Made by a program: the position numbers and the translations under genes
Origin: Diplonema japonicum
Taxonomy: Eukaryota; Protista; Euglenozoa: Diplonemea
Assembly: GCA_964019335.1 (NCBI GenBank)
Contig: OZ025659.1
Location: 434,001 to 498,000, forward strand
Direction of reading: 5' to 3'
DNA: 64,000 bases
Part shown: piece after piece, positions 36,636-48,681 of the stretch
Layout of the letters: the number at the start of each line of letters is the position of its first letter
Position numbering within the stretch: position 1 is the stretch's first letter
Notes under the pieces: model-generated
Seen by the model: only the letters and a program-made list of their open reading frames with translations
What the model was told of the DNA's origin: nothing
The model's database searches: none

Positions 36636-37290
36636 CCCATAAAGGACCGCTATTTTTCGTCTAAAAAGTCGATTTTGAACTTTTCGTTCAAATACCAAAA
36701 ATAAAATGGCGAGGGTGGAGTTAGAGGGTGTACCTATATTATTTTTACTACCCCATTTCTGGAGCGCGAAGCGGCCTGCATTTCAGCCCCAGACGCGCCC
36801 AAATTTTGGTGGTAGAGCAGCATTTGAGAGAAACAACTCTTGCAAAGGGCACATGCTATCCGCCACACACTTGCTGACGCTGAATGGGTATTCTGGGAGC
36901 AATTTCCGGGTTTTCCTGATGGTCCCCATGCAGTGGAAATCCGCATTGTAACCTGGTACCTTGCGAAATATTTTCCTCCCCACCTTCTCGATTTTGTCAT
37001 CCCATTCCATATCCGGGATATCCCCATCATCCGGTGACACTGACCCTTCTTCAGAAGTGCTTTCGGCACTACTCCTTATGGGGTGTAAAAAAAACAATGT
37101 CTGTGCCACTATTTTTTTTCTCCCCTTGCAGTTTGGATGCAAAAATTTACGAGCGATACAGCGTTCAGTATAAAAAAAGTCGCGCAATAAGGCCCCTCTT
37201 TAAAGAGTGGGCATGCAGAGCACTAAAAATGCCTTAGCAGAATTTAAAAAAAAATTTTTAGCTGAATATTCAGCTCCGGTCCTTTATGGG
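36636..37290 (-). mobile_element. non-autonomous piggyBac-type element (655 bp)
   Basis: Perfect 14-bp TIRs CCCATAAAGGACCG (36636-36649) / CGGTCCTTTATGGG (37277-37290), flanked by TTAA at 36632-36635 and 37291-37294. Minus-strand acidic and Cys-rich remnants lie inside. Confidence 0.85.
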
Positions 37291-37356
37291 TTAAAAGAAA
37301 ATCTCCAGTCCCTTTGGGGGAGGGGTTTCTGCAAGAAAAAAAAAAAGAAAAAAAAA

Positions 37357-38034
37357 ATGGAGGAGTTTTTGCTGCCGGGTGACATAGACACACACGCGCT
37401 GGAGAGAGAGTGGAAGGGCAAGTGGAAATCTGTGAAAAACGACAACGAGAATATGGAAAGGAGGGTAGAGTATATCAAGGAGACCATGAGGGTTTACTGC
37501 AACGTGTTCGATAAGCCCGAAGGGTTCCGGAACGAGGTACTGAGGAGGGGGTTGCAGGAGGCGGAGAAGTGTAAAAACACCAACAACGAATGTTTAAGGC
37601 TATGGTGCCTAATGGCAAGAGGGGTATATGTGGGGCGGTTTTCCAAAGAAGCTGTCAGCCTCCGACACGCCGTTAAAGAACACGCTGGGAAGCTCCTTGC
37701 AGCCTTCCCCGATGACCCCAATACAAAAGAATACCTCGGCGACGTAGTCACCGACTCCGCATCCTTCACAACCCAGAGGCGTGCCACTAGTTACCTCATG
37801 GGCAACGAATTACCCCCTTCGCCTCCCTTTTCCGAGGCTGTCCCATTTTATGAGGAAGCTTATACACACTCGCCCACCCCTTCCCGGACTGTCAAACTTG
37901 CTCATGCTTACCACAAATCAGGGTCCTCTGAGAAGGCCAAATCCCTTTTTGAACAGTGTTCCAAGCAGAAGCCAACCAACACCTTGGAGACAGCGATCAA
38001 CGAGGAGTGTACGTGGATGTTTAGCGTGCTTTGA
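37357..38034 (+). CDS. RMDN (regulator of microtubule dynamics)-like TPR protein
   Basis: VKEHAGKLLAAFPDDPNTKEYLG, QRRATSYLMGNELPPSPPFSEAVPFYEEA and KLAHAYHKSGSSEKAK parallel RMD1/FAM82 C-terminal TPR motifs. Confidence 0.7.
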   Translation: MEEFLLPGDIDTHALEREWKGKWKSVKNDNENMERRVEYIKETMRVYCNVFDKPEGFRNEVLRRGLQEAEKCKNTNNECLRLWCLMARGVYVGRFSKEAVSLRHAVKEHAGKLLAAFPDDPNTKEYLGDVVTDSASFTTQRRATSYLMGNELPPSPPFSEAVPFYEEAYTHSPTPSRTVKLAHAYHKSGSSEKAKSLFEQCSKQKPTNTLETAINEECTWMFSVL

Positions 38035-38073
38035 TTATAATTTTTTTTTTACAATACAATAACAAAAAAAAAC

Positions 38074-38764
38074 TGCTTCGTTGTCACCGTCCTCGGCGTC
38101 CTTCGTTTCCTTAGCCTTTCGGGCTGCTGCCGCTCTCCTCTTCGCGCTCTCGCTCAGGAAGGGCATGGGCACCTTCGGGTTGTTGTAGGTGCCTGCTGCC
38201 GGGAGCGTTGTGCCCTCACGCACCGACAGCGCCACGTAATGGGCGGCAGCGAACCCCAGGTATATGGGGTTGCTCTCTACCGCGTTGCGCGAGGGGAAGG
38301 AGGTGCACAACAGCTCCCCGTCCTTCACCTGGTAGCAGGCCAGGTGGCGCCGGCACACCACGCTGAGCGCGAGGAGCTGCAGGATGTCCCCACGCTCCGT
38401 CCTTCACTGCTTGCACATATTCCCCGTACAGCAGTGCACTGTTGTCGGTTGATGCCAGGTGGCTAGCCACCAGCTCCCTCAAGGCCGATCCAGCAGAGGT
38501 GCCCTGATGGATCGCTACTGATGTCGCCTCGTAGAGGCAGTCTCCCTCCGTCTTGGAGAAGTCTTTGATCGAGAACCCTTCTCCCAGCTTCGCCTGAAGC
38601 TCCGCCTTCGCCTTGCCCACCTCGCTTCCCGTTCCCGTCCCGCGGCCGGAGCCTTCGCCGCTACCACCACCCCCCATGTGGCAGCGTTGCCCGGGGTTCA
38701 ACCTCGAGGAGGTCGCTCCCACCGCACTGGACGTCGATGATAGTGTTGGTGTTGATGTTGCCAT
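38074..38764 (-). pseudogene. OTU-like cysteine protease fragment with frameshift at 38388-38391
   Basis: EGDCLYEA (catalytic Cys at 38537-38539), LRELVASHL and GAWG, then in a shifted frame ILQLLALS...IYLGFAAAHYVAL (His). It is the only clearly recognisable minus-strand protein domain in the window. Confidence 0.7.
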
Positions 38765-38845
38765 AATGTTTCTTTTAACCCAAATTCAGAACCCCTGAAA
38801 AAAAAAGGTGTTTCTGTTGGGAGAAAAAAAGTCAAAAAAAAAAAA

Positions 38846-40417
38846 ATGTTGCGCAGCACCGTCCGCCGGTTGTACAGGGAGGCGGTGAAAGTACCGAAAG
38901 CAGATGAAATGATGGCGGTGCTCCACGGGCACCAGGTCGACGTGGCAAGCGCATGGATGAAAAAAGGGGCGGATTGTTGTTGGTTGGGGGATTTTGCCGT
39001 CCTGCTGGAGGCTTACAAAATGCTGGACGAGCAGGTGGAAAAGGAGTGGGTCGTGGGCAACGGCGGCAAGGGCGCGAAAACCTGGAGCGACTTCGCAAAA
39101 TACTGCAAACAAAAACAAATATTCTACAAAATGTGGGTCCCGAACCCGATCACCGTCCTCTCCAATGCTGTGAACGACGAGGCACTCTCAACTTGGGTGA
39201 CGACAATGTACCCCCCAGCAAACTTTAACTACCTCCCCCTCCCTGTTTTAATGTCCTTAATACGCTCATTCAAGACATTTTCCCAAGGGAAAGCATACAC
39301 ATATATCGGCCGGAACAATTCAATGAAACCTTCCCACACGCTTTCGTCCCATCCTGATGATCACCCGGCTGGCAGGTTGGTCCGGAATTGGGTTCTATCC
39401 GCACTCCGTGAAAAACTCTTTGACGGTGCTCAACGGGTTCTTATACCAAACGCGGGTTCATTGGGAGGCTCGCTTCCCTTGATATTCACGACGATGAAAT
39501 ATTTCAACGGGCACGTCCATGCTCTGGATCCAGACTCAGAAGTTGTTAAGAGCTTGCAGTATAACCATAATTTGTTGAAAGTGAGGGGTGCGCCTCGATG
39601 GAAAAATTTGAAAGCAGAGGTATCTGCGAATCTAACCCCAAGGGACAGGTTCAGAAGGTTTAATTTAACAGTCTTCGCCCCGCCATGGGTAACCGACACA
39701 GATCAAGAAATATGTTCCTCGTTCGACAGGTACTATGACCTTTCAGGACAAGACGATAGAAGAGACTGGTTACCAAGCCGGGATTTGTTCGGGAATGTGA
39801 CTGTTTTAACTGATTTTTTCGAGGAAATTCAGTATGCAATGGATGCTGGGGGGCATGTGGTGGTTGTATGGTCGAACTTCGGCAACATTGTGGACGGGTC
39901 TGGGGAGCATCCTATCATTAAAGAGCTTGAGGGTAACACGAGGTATTCCCTGCATCACTTTGAGGATGTACCGTTCAAACCCTTTTCGAAAAAGTTTTTA
40001 GAGGCACAGCCGCACCCATTCTTGTTCGAGCTAAACAGACGGCTCCGCGTTGAGTTGTGGGTTTTGAAAGTGAATCGCATGCTGCTCCCTATGCCACCGC
40101 TTGTGCACGTTGAATCACAGGATTCATCACTTGTTCCTTCTACGCCGGAACAACTTGTTTCAAAAAAGCGTGAAGAAGACGTGGAGCTGACAGAATATTT
40201 CCACCCGCCTCTGCCGTTCCTTGGGAACTATATGAAACGACCGGGGAAAACGCTCATCAAAGAGGGAGGGCGGCCAGACCCCGACACTGTGTTGGAAACA
40301 CAGGAGCAGCAAGCAAAAGACCTGCTCAGACAGCAAAACAAACAGCGCCGCGACAGGGTCAAAACCGCGCTCCAACAACTGGGGATTGAACCGAAAAGGC
40401 CAGGAAAGCGGAAGTAG
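38846..40417 (+). CDS. putative mitochondrial class I methyltransferase-like protein (degenerate HemK/MTS-like)
   Basis: Presequence-like MLRSTVRRL; VLIPNAGSLGG, HVHALDPD, FNLTVFAPPW and MDAGGHVVVVWSN. Confidence 0.6.
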   Translation: MLRSTVRRLYREAVKVPKADEMMAVLHGHQVDVASAWMKKGADCCWLGDFAVLLEAYKMLDEQVEKEWVVGNGGKGAKTWSDFAKYCKQKQIFYKMWVPNPITVLSNAVNDEALSTWVTTMYPPANFNYLPLPVLMSLIRSFKTFSQGKAYTYIGRNNSMKPSHTLSSHPDDHPAGRLVRNWVLSALREKLFDGAQRVLIPNAGSLGGSLPLIFTTMKYFNGHVHALDPDSEVVKSLQYNHNLLKVRGAPRWKNLKAEVSANLTPRDRFRRFNLTVFAPPWVTDTDQEICSSFDRYYDLSGQDDRRDWLPSRDLFGNVTVLTDFFEEIQYAMDAGGHVVVVWSNFGNIVDGSGEHPIIKELEGNTRYSLHHFEDVPFKPFSKKFLEAQPHPFLFELNRRLRVELWVLKVNRMLLPMPPLVHVESQDSSLVPSTPEQLVSKKREEDVELTEYFHPPLPFLGNYMKRPGKTLIKEGGRPDPDTVLETQEQQAKDLLRQQNKQRRDRVKTALQQLGIEPKRPGKRK

Positions 40418-40442
40418 TGAAAAAAAAAAAATGTATCATCTT

Positions 40443-40479
<37 letters not shown>

Positions 40480-40539
40480 CCCTCCGAGGAAATTTTTGAA
40501 GGAAAAAAAAAAAAGGTGGGAGAGGAGGGGGGAAAAAAA

Positions 40540-40971
40540 ATGACTAAGGAACTTTTCTACCGAAAAAGATGGCTTGTGCTGAAGTACAACATACTCCCTC
40601 ACTGCGAATACGGTCCGAAGGGTCTGCTGACCCCGAATATGCAAAAATTTTACGGTAATGCGAATTTAAAAAAGAGGAAAAAGTCCCAAATGAAAAAAAA
40701 AAAAAAAAAGGTTCGTTGACCAGTAGGCTATTCCACTACCACCATTACGCAAGCGACACAATGGGAGACAAACCACAATGGACCAGAACCTTTATGTTCG
40801 GGTCCAAGAGACCAAATTACATGATGTGGAACGTTGGCGATGGCGGTCACCGAATGTGGAAGTATGCTCGGAAAAAAAAAAAAAAAAAAACACAGCCACG
40901 CATGGCAGAGATACAGAGTGTCTGAGTTTGAACAACCGTACATCGATTTGAGGGGACCTGAACCGCGATGA
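40540..40971 (+). CDS. small basic/aromatic hypothetical protein, possibly mitochondrial; introns 40655-40710 and 40862-40895
   Basis: Two GT-AG poly(A) introns join MTKELFYRKRW...FYG|SLTSRLFH...RMWN|HAWQRYRVSEFEQPYIDLRGPEPR* in frame. Confidence 0.75.
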
Positions 40972-41125
40972 GAAAAAAAAAAATGCAACTACAACAGCTA
41001 CGACGCGGAGAGAGAGTGTTTTCAGTCTTTTTATATAAAAAGAAGAGGGGGAAAAAAAAAATTGTCTCTCCTTTCTTTCTTACTCTTTCTTTTAGATAAA
41101 AAGAAAAAAAACCCCTCCAAAAAAA

Positions 41126-41581
41126 ATGTCGTCAGATGATTCCCGCAAGACCCACATAACCGAGACCATCAGAAAATTCACAGAAACCGTGCAAGAAGGG
41201 AAGGACGCTGTTGCCACACTCGTGAAGGAGGTCAAGCTCAAAAGCGACGAGGTCGGGATGCTTCAGGAGGAAGTCGCGGTGCTGACAAAAAGACGCAATG
41301 AAAGAAGAAAGAGATGCACCGTTCTGAAGGCTGAGATAGAGAAGTTTCGCACACAACAAACAGCACAGGCCACCCAGGCCAAGGTCATACACTCCACCAT
41401 CGCAGACCTCACACAAGCTAAGAACCGCCTCTCTACCAATCTCCACAACGCACTTCAGACGCAGCTCGCCACTTACACAGAAACTGCCAACATTATGCAT
41501 TCTAAAAACACCGCGCTCCTTGCAAACATCACACCCGAAACCATATTCAGTCGTGCTGTGAAGGAGGCCTGTGCTGCATGA
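41126..41581 (+). CDS. coiled-coil hypothetical protein
   Basis: 151-aa heptad-rich ORF with a poly(A)-preceded ATG. Confidence 0.7.
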   Translation: MSSDDSRKTHITETIRKFTETVQEGKDAVATLVKEVKLKSDEVGMLQEEVAVLTKRRNERRKRCTVLKAEIEKFRTQQTAQATQAKVIHSTIADLTQAKNRLSTNLHNALQTQLATYTETANIMHSKNTALLANITPETIFSRAVKEACAA

Positions 41582-41716
41582 TGCTGAGGGCAAAACCACC
41601 CACACGACATTTTAACAATCTCTCATATCTATATTTATATTTTTTTCTTTTTTCTTTTTTCTTTTCCAGCTCAATTTTCTAACGACTCTTTCCAAAAGAA
41701 GAAGAAAAAAAAAAAA

Positions 41717-42289
41717 ATGAATGCAACACCAGTGACATATCTTGTGACCCTCTTGGTCTGTGGCTGTGCAGCCAGGGAAATGGGGGCCCACCCCGATCAA
41801 GACGGTAGCCGGAGTAAGGGAGTTGACGTGGCTGAGGGGGCGAGGCGGGCGAACAGTGACAATGTCGGGCCGACAGCACACTTTTTAAACCATGAGAACA
41901 ACATGAACCTTTCATGTGCTGTGTGCGCTGTGGCCTTTGAGGAGTTTCACAAAGGGTTAAAAAGCAAGAAGAAAGAGCTGAAGGGGAACATCGACAGAAA
42001 CACCGTCTCTGTCAGTGTGCAGGACGCCCTCAGGTCATCTTGCATCTCTATTCAAAAGTCCTATGCCATTCGATGGGAGGAGGCCGGCGACCGGCCCCTT
42101 GAATACGGTATTTACGGCAAGCCTGCCATTTTACCGGCGAACAAAGGCACCCCCGACCAAATCACGTGGGGCAGGCAGTTCATCCAACACCGCTGCGAGT
42201 GGTTGATGAACAAGTATAGTTTGGAAATCGCCATCAAGTTCGCCGAGCAAGAACTCCCGCGGCCGAAGTGCCCCATCACCGGATGTTGA
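41717..42289 (+). CDS. secreted saposin-like/Canopy-like protein
   Basis: Signal peptide, LSCAVCAVAFEEF, a central Cys, FIQHRCEWLM and C-terminal Cys. Confidence 0.55.
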   Translation: MNATPVTYLVTLLVCGCAAREMGAHPDQDGSRSKGVDVAEGARRANSDNVGPTAHFLNHENNMNLSCAVCAVAFEEFHKGLKSKKKELKGNIDRNTVSVSVQDALRSSCISIQKSYAIRWEEAGDRPLEYGIYGKPAILPANKGTPDQITWGRQFIQHRCEWLMNKYSLEIAIKFAEQELPRPKCPITGC

Positions 42290-42572
42290 AAAAAAAAAAA
42301 AAAATCTTTTTTTTTTTTGATTTACACTGCTTTTGTTATTTCCCCCCTTGCTTCCCGCTCTTAAAAATTTGTTCCTATTATGTTTACCCCCCCCCCCCCC
42401 CCCCTTATGCGGAAAAAAACAAAACAAAAAATGCAATTTTTTTCTTTTCAGGAAGGGGCGGCGGGGTTCATCTTCTTCAAAGGGGAAGGAAAAAAAAAAG
42501 AAAAGAGAGTGAGAGAAAAAGAGTTGAACTCCGGAGGTTGCATAAGGGAACTATATTTTATATCCTAGACAC

Positions 42573-44698
42573 ATGGCATCCGAGCCTCAAAACATCGAAG
42601 CCCTGACGGTGCAGCTGAATGCACTTCGGGCGTTGCAAAGCGGGGGGACGCCTCACCTAGAGGCTGCGATCCAAGAGGTAGAGACAAGGATCGCGGAACA
42701 AGTTGCGTTGCAAGAAGCACCGAAAGAGGAAGCAGCGGAAGAAGAAGAAGAGGAAGAAACACCACCACCGACAACGGAAGAAAAACCCCCACCAGCACCT
42801 ATGAGTGAAGAGGCCATCATGAAAAAAATGCAAAGCACCCCTCTGGTGGTGGCTACATCACGTGCATGTGAACACAACACGTGGGACAACGTGAGGACAA
42901 AGAAGGGACAAGTCTTCTTGAGATGCAGGCTATGCGACTCTCAATGGCGAACACCTGTTGAATCGCTCGATCGGTGCCCGCTTTTCAACACACCAGGAGG
43001 GTGCTTAAAAGCCGCCGACTGCCCACAGCTCCACCTCCACTCTCGCAAACAATCTCTTCAAGAACGTATCGCCTTGCACGGTAGCACTGTTCTAGAGCGA
43101 GTCCCCCCCGGCTCCCATGCTGAAGAAGACGAAAAAGACGCCAAAAACGACGATACTCAAGAGGAAAACGCAGTCGCCACGACTAAACCCTGCACCCACA
43201 ACACATGGGACAATGTTAGAACCAAAAAAGGGCAAGTGTTCCTTCGATGCCGTGAGTGTGAAAGCCAATGGCGGACTCCCGTTGAAGAACTCGACAGATG
43301 TGCTGGCTTCAACACAACAACAGGCTGCCAAGTCCAAAACTGCAAACAACTGCACCTGCACACCCGGAAGCAATCCCTAGCCGAAAGGCTAGCAAAACAC
43401 GGTGCCGGCATCTTAGAAAAAGTCCCCGGGCCTGAACAAGCAGGCGGCGCTTTAGTATTCACATTGCAGAAAGTGCAAGGCGGGAGCATTGGTATGAACG
43501 TGAAGGGCAACACCGTGACAAAAGTGGAACAAGGAAGCCCGGCATCGTATGCCGGTCTGCGGGAAGGAATGGTGGTGATGGGAATCAACCACAGACAGGT
43601 GGGGAATTCGACAAAAGAAGTGGTGGCGGTGATGCGAGACGCTTGGCTGTCGAGCAACGAGATCAAAGTGATCATCAAAGCACCGCAGCACCCTTACATG
43701 CAGGGCGACGGCAATGTTTCCAACAACTCTTCCTTCCACAGCCACGGGCAGCACCATCCCAACCACATGGAGTACGACCTGTCGGATATCCTCACCATAT
43801 CCACAAACCCCTCCTCGGCAATGCCTACCACACCTCAGCATCCTACCCCAGCCTGGTACCAGCAGTCATGGCAACCCCAGCCTCCAAACCCACCAAGCAA
43901 TATCTATTCTAATACGCAAGATACACAATCCCAGTGTTCTGGGTCTTCCTATGGAGCTGGCGCGGTATGCTGTGTAGTGGTTCTGTATTGCACGCCCCCC
44001 CCCCCACACACAGGTTGATATCACGTTTGCCGTTCAGAAGAAGTACCAAACGGAGCCGCTGGGACTGGTATGTGAAGTAGAAGCACGTTATTTATACTAT
44101 ACAGAGCGTGAAGCGAGACATGGTGACGAAGGTGGCTGCGGGAAGTCCTGCAGCGCTTGCAGGGATTGTGGAGGGGATGAAGATCATGATGGTGAACTCA
44201 GCTCCCGTCGGCGGGACCACGAACGAGGTTGTGGCAATGGTGCGACACGCATGGCAGTGCGGAAATCTGATACATGTGACCGCGCGGACCCCCGGGTCCA
44301 CAGCACCGCCACCCCTTGAGCCTTCTATCAGCGATGTGATGTCCGAGTCGCAAGGTTCACAAACACCCCGTACCACCACCCACTCGCCTTATGCCGTTGA
44401 AGCGCCTAACCAGCAGCACAACACCGACCACTCTCCTCCTCTTTTACATAACATGCCTGGCGTGCGACCACAGCCGCAGACAACTAGCATAGAGATCGAG
44501 ACCTTGGTGGTCATCAGGAAGCACGAAGCAACCACTTTTGGAGCGGTATGTGTCCCTCTTAAACATCACCTTTTTGTCGCCACACCACAATACAGGCTGT
44601 CAAGGGAAACAGAGTGAGCAAGGTGGCACCAGGCAGCGCTGCGGCGGCAGCGGGGATCTATGAAGGTGTGATGGTTTTCTTTTTTTTTTATTTCTTAC

Positions 44699-44729
<31 letters not shown>

Positions 44730-45738
44730 AATGTACGTGCTGTCAGTGAACGGGGAACCTGTCGAGAAGACAACGATCGCGGTAGTGACGGCGGTGCGGT
44801 CGGCGTGGAAGCAGGACGAGCCCTCGATGGAGGTGGTGGTTCGAGCGACCATCACAAAAACCATCAGGCAACCGGAGGCACCGACAGACGCCTGCAGCGT
44901 GAGCACAGGCGCCATGAGCGTCTCGGAAGGATCAAGCAACTGGCAAGAAGTGTACTCCCTCCCAGACGACTCCTGCAACGTAAAGCTCCCCTGCGTGGCG
45001 ACCGTGACTGTGGGCGGCACTGCGTTGATATGGCCTGCTGTGGAAATCAAAGACTGCGATGCTGAATCGCCTGGCTGGCACGACAGGCCTTACGAACTGT
45101 TCAACTTCCCGTCCTTTTTGAAAAACAGCGTTTTGTACCAACCCCCGCACAAGGACGTCCCAGCAGGCTCACTGCACAGTGTATACCTGCATCAAGAATG
45201 TGATGTGTACCTTGCTCATTCCAACGCATTGGGGAGGGATGGTGGATTCCCTGGTGTTATTGAGAAGCACGGTTGGACGAAGGAAGACGAAGCCCCAGAG
45301 TGGAAAGGAAGCCCTGTTGCCGCACTTGGGATGTCTATGTGGCACATTAAGGTGCGCAAGGGTGAGACAGTCGCACTGCCAACCACGAAGACGGCACAGA
45401 GTACCTTCTGCTTGTTTTTGGTCCGGACGGGACCGTTGGATGAAGATGCAGGTAGCCTTCCCAACATGTCTTTCTCCACGTTTGACGGTGACGATGCTGC
45501 CAGCAACGCAACAGGAGGCAGGATGTCCCGCCAGCACAACTCAAGCACCCCGACACCTTCGCTCCCCGATGACTGCTCTAACAACGGCGACCATACCCCC
45601 CGATCGGTGAAGTCTGTTTACTCCGCTGGAGGGTCTCGATCACTCACGGTACCGCCTGTGAGAAAAACTAGAAAACGATCCTCGACCGGCACCAAGTTGA
45701 AGCTTACTAGTGATATTCAAAAAGTTGTCAAGGATTGA
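42573..45738 (+). CDS. multidomain protein: 2x Zn-binding module (CxH..CxxC + CCCH) + 3 PDZ + C-terminal domain; introns 43965-44013, 44068-44104, 44546-44595, 44666-44728
   Basis: Duplicated HNTWDNVRTKKGQVFLRCRxCxSQWRTP module. PDZ-like motifs VTKVEQGSPASYAGLREGM, VTKVAAGSPAALAGIVEGM and VSKVAPGSAAAAAGIYEGM. Four introns restore one frame. Confidence 0.85.
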
Positions 45739-46299
45739 TGTTTTTTTTTTTTTTTTTTTTTCCGGATTTTTTTTTTGGGGGGGGGAGAAACAAGCCTATA
45801 AAAAAAATTGAAAAAGAGGGGGGGAAAAAAAGTGGAAAAAAAAAAAAAAAAAAGTGATGGAGCAAACCCAGAAGAGAACTAAGAAACAAGGGAAAAAGTA
45901 TGAGTTTTTTATTATTATTATTATTTTTTGTTTGTGTAATTTGTTATTGTTCCCCCCCCACCTCTTATCCCCGTCCCCCCCCTTTTTTTTAAAAGAGAAT
46001 TTAGATGGGTGGCTTTAACGAAAGGAGATGGAAGGAAGGAAAAAAAAAGGGGAGAGGAAAAGCCTGTTCGGCGCTTGATTAACCTGTGGTATACAAAAGC
46101 AGAAATAAAGAAATCGATCTAACCCCCCCATCCCCATCGCACACGTCTTCTTTCTTACTTCTTATTTTTTTTCTCTTTTTTTTGATTCTCCACCCGGGAG
46201 ACTTGCATTAAGGGTGTTAATGCGTGATCAGGGTCAGGTGGCTACCCCCTCATTATGCATTCCTAGAGGGGGTGAACGGGAAAAAAGAAAGAAAGAAAG

Positions 46300-46330
<31 letters not shown>

Positions 46331-46431
46331 TGAATGGAAACACTCCATTTTTCAGGGTGTCCCCTACCCACTCATATCCCCTTTCTTTGTTATGTAGAAG
46401 AAGAATTCTTTAAAAAAACTTTTTTGACTTG

Positions 46432-46472
<41 letters not shown>

Positions 46473-46600
46473 TATATAAACCCTGCGCCTACCTTTAAGA
46501 ACAAAAAAAAGGGGGGAAAAAAACAATTTTTTTGCATTAACAATTATTATATTGTCTGTTCTAAGACCATTCGTTGCCGAAACAGTTCGTTGATTTTATA

Positions 46601-46637
<37 letters not shown>

Positions 46638-47656
46638 GGAAAGCGATATAATTCGTTCCGAACTTCAAATCGCTAGAACTGCTTAGAATAGTTTTCCCCC
46701 CCCCCTTTTTTTTTCTCCTTTTCTAGCTTTCTTTTTTCTTTTTTCATAAAAGTTTTTCGTGCCCTCTGCGTTGTACCCGTTTCCGTGTTAATTACAAGCC
46801 CCCTTTGTGAAATCACGGGTTTGGAAGAGGGAAGGGAGGGTTGATTTACACCCCCTTTTTATTTTGCAGGGAAAATCGCAAGAATGAAGAAAAAAAAAAA
46901 GGAAAAAAAAAACGTGTCCTTTTATTATTCTTCTTGAGTGTACCCTATTCAAAAATGTACAAAGGCATTCGCCCACCCTGTAGAAAAAAAAAAAAAAGGT
47001 CGAGTCAAAAAAAAAAGTTTCGTGTTCATTTTTTTTTTTAAAAAAAAAGTTACTTGTTTCTTTCTTTTTTTTAATGAGGTAAAGCCAACATGGCTTGACA
47101 TGTACGATGGGTCAAAAAGCCTTTTAAAAAAATAGGGAAGGGGTATTTTTTGTTAACATTGGACCCCCCCAAAAAAACTCAAAGGGCAAGGTTCCCTGAT
47201 TGGCAATTTCTCTTTTTTGACCCTTCGAAAAATGACTAACGAAAAAAAAAAAAGAGCTGATGTATCAGTCTTTTTTCAAGGGTTCACATTTTTTTTTTTT
47301 TTTTCAACGCCTCTCTTCCAAAGAGATGGCTGAATACATGAAAAAAAAGAGAAGGGGAAGGGGGGGGGAAAAAAGAAGAAATATCTGAGGGAGTGACACC
47401 CCAGTCATTAACGGCGTTGTATTTTGCTCTCTCTACTCTTCTTTTTTTTTTACCCCCCCTTTTTTTTTTACCCTCCCCGTTGCTTCTCTATCTTCTTTTT
47501 TTTCCTTCTTTCTTCTCTTCTTCTCCTCCCGAGTGAATCTCATGTGAGCATGTTCCCCCCTCCCCCCTCCCTCGGGGGGGGGGGGGGGGGGAAATGGCTA
47601 TTAACTACCGCAATGACATTACCTTGAGGTTCTCTGATTTTTTTTTTTTTTGGGAA

Positions 47657-47708
47657 AACGCAGAAGAAACTACAGCTCGGCGAGGTGCGCCCCTGTGTAA
47701 TCAAGTAG
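47657..47708 (+). repeat. dispersed about 52-bp repeat, second copy 56336-56386
   Basis: aacgcagaagaaRctacaRctcggc(c)gaggWgcgcccc..tgtaatcaagtag at both sites. Confidence 0.75.
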
Positions 47709-48681
47709 ACAGGGCGCCGCCAACACTGGCCTTCTTTATCTCTTATATCTTTTCTTTGCGGGACTGCGTAAAGTGGTTTTATTTCACCACACTCTGAAAT
47801 TTCTTCACCAATGCTTGATATGTGAGCGTTTTTCTAAAGCCCACTGAGAAAACTTACAGGGATCTTCAAGGATAATGAAATAATAAAAAAAAAAAAAAAA
47901 CAATAAAAATCCTTTTTTTTAATTAACAAACTTACTCTCTCCCTGCCTTCTCTTGCTTCTTGAACAAATCCCACACCTCTCCCCCCCCCAAAAAAAAGAA
48001 AGAAAAACCACAGGTTAGAAAGTGCAACGCAGGAGGGTAAGAGAGAGGGGGGAAAGTAAGTAACAGGGGGGAAAAAAACGCTGTTCCCTAGGCCGTCTCG
48101 TTTCCCACTCATGTTTATAATTCTCTTTTTCTCTCTCTCTCTTTTTTTTTTTTTTTTCTCCTCTTCATTTTTCGGTTTATGCGCAAAGTTCTGAATCAAA
48201 ACAGGCAAAAAAAAGAATAGCCCCACCCCATCCTTTGTCTTTTCGAAATGGAGAGAGTAGAGGAGGGTAGCTTTTTTTTTTATATTTCTATTTACTCTCA
48301 ATCCTCCGCCCCCATACACCCCCCTTTTTTTTTGCGATTCTCCCTGTGTTTTTTTCCCCCCCTCTTCATATTCCCATGGCCTTGTTTCTATTTCTCTCTC
48401 GCTCCTTAAAAAAGAAAAAAAAAGAGTTTTTTTATTCTTCTTTTTCCCCCTTCAAAATAACAAAAAAATAAAATAAAAAGAAATGGCTTGCTCTGTGTGG
48501 GTTTTTTATTCCTGCCTCCCCCCCTCCCCCCACCCCACCCGTTCCTTCACATGCCTCCCCCCCTCACCTCCCCCAACTCCCCGCATTTTTTTAAAAGGCA
48601 TTCCAGCAAAACTGTTTCAAAAAAAAAAGGGGAATGCTGGGATGTGTTCTGATTATTTAAAAAAAAAGGCAAACAGCAAAC

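Noticed and set aside
46327-46400. C/D snoRNA starting at ctgatga
   Set aside because: No suitably placed CTGA D box or terminal stem.
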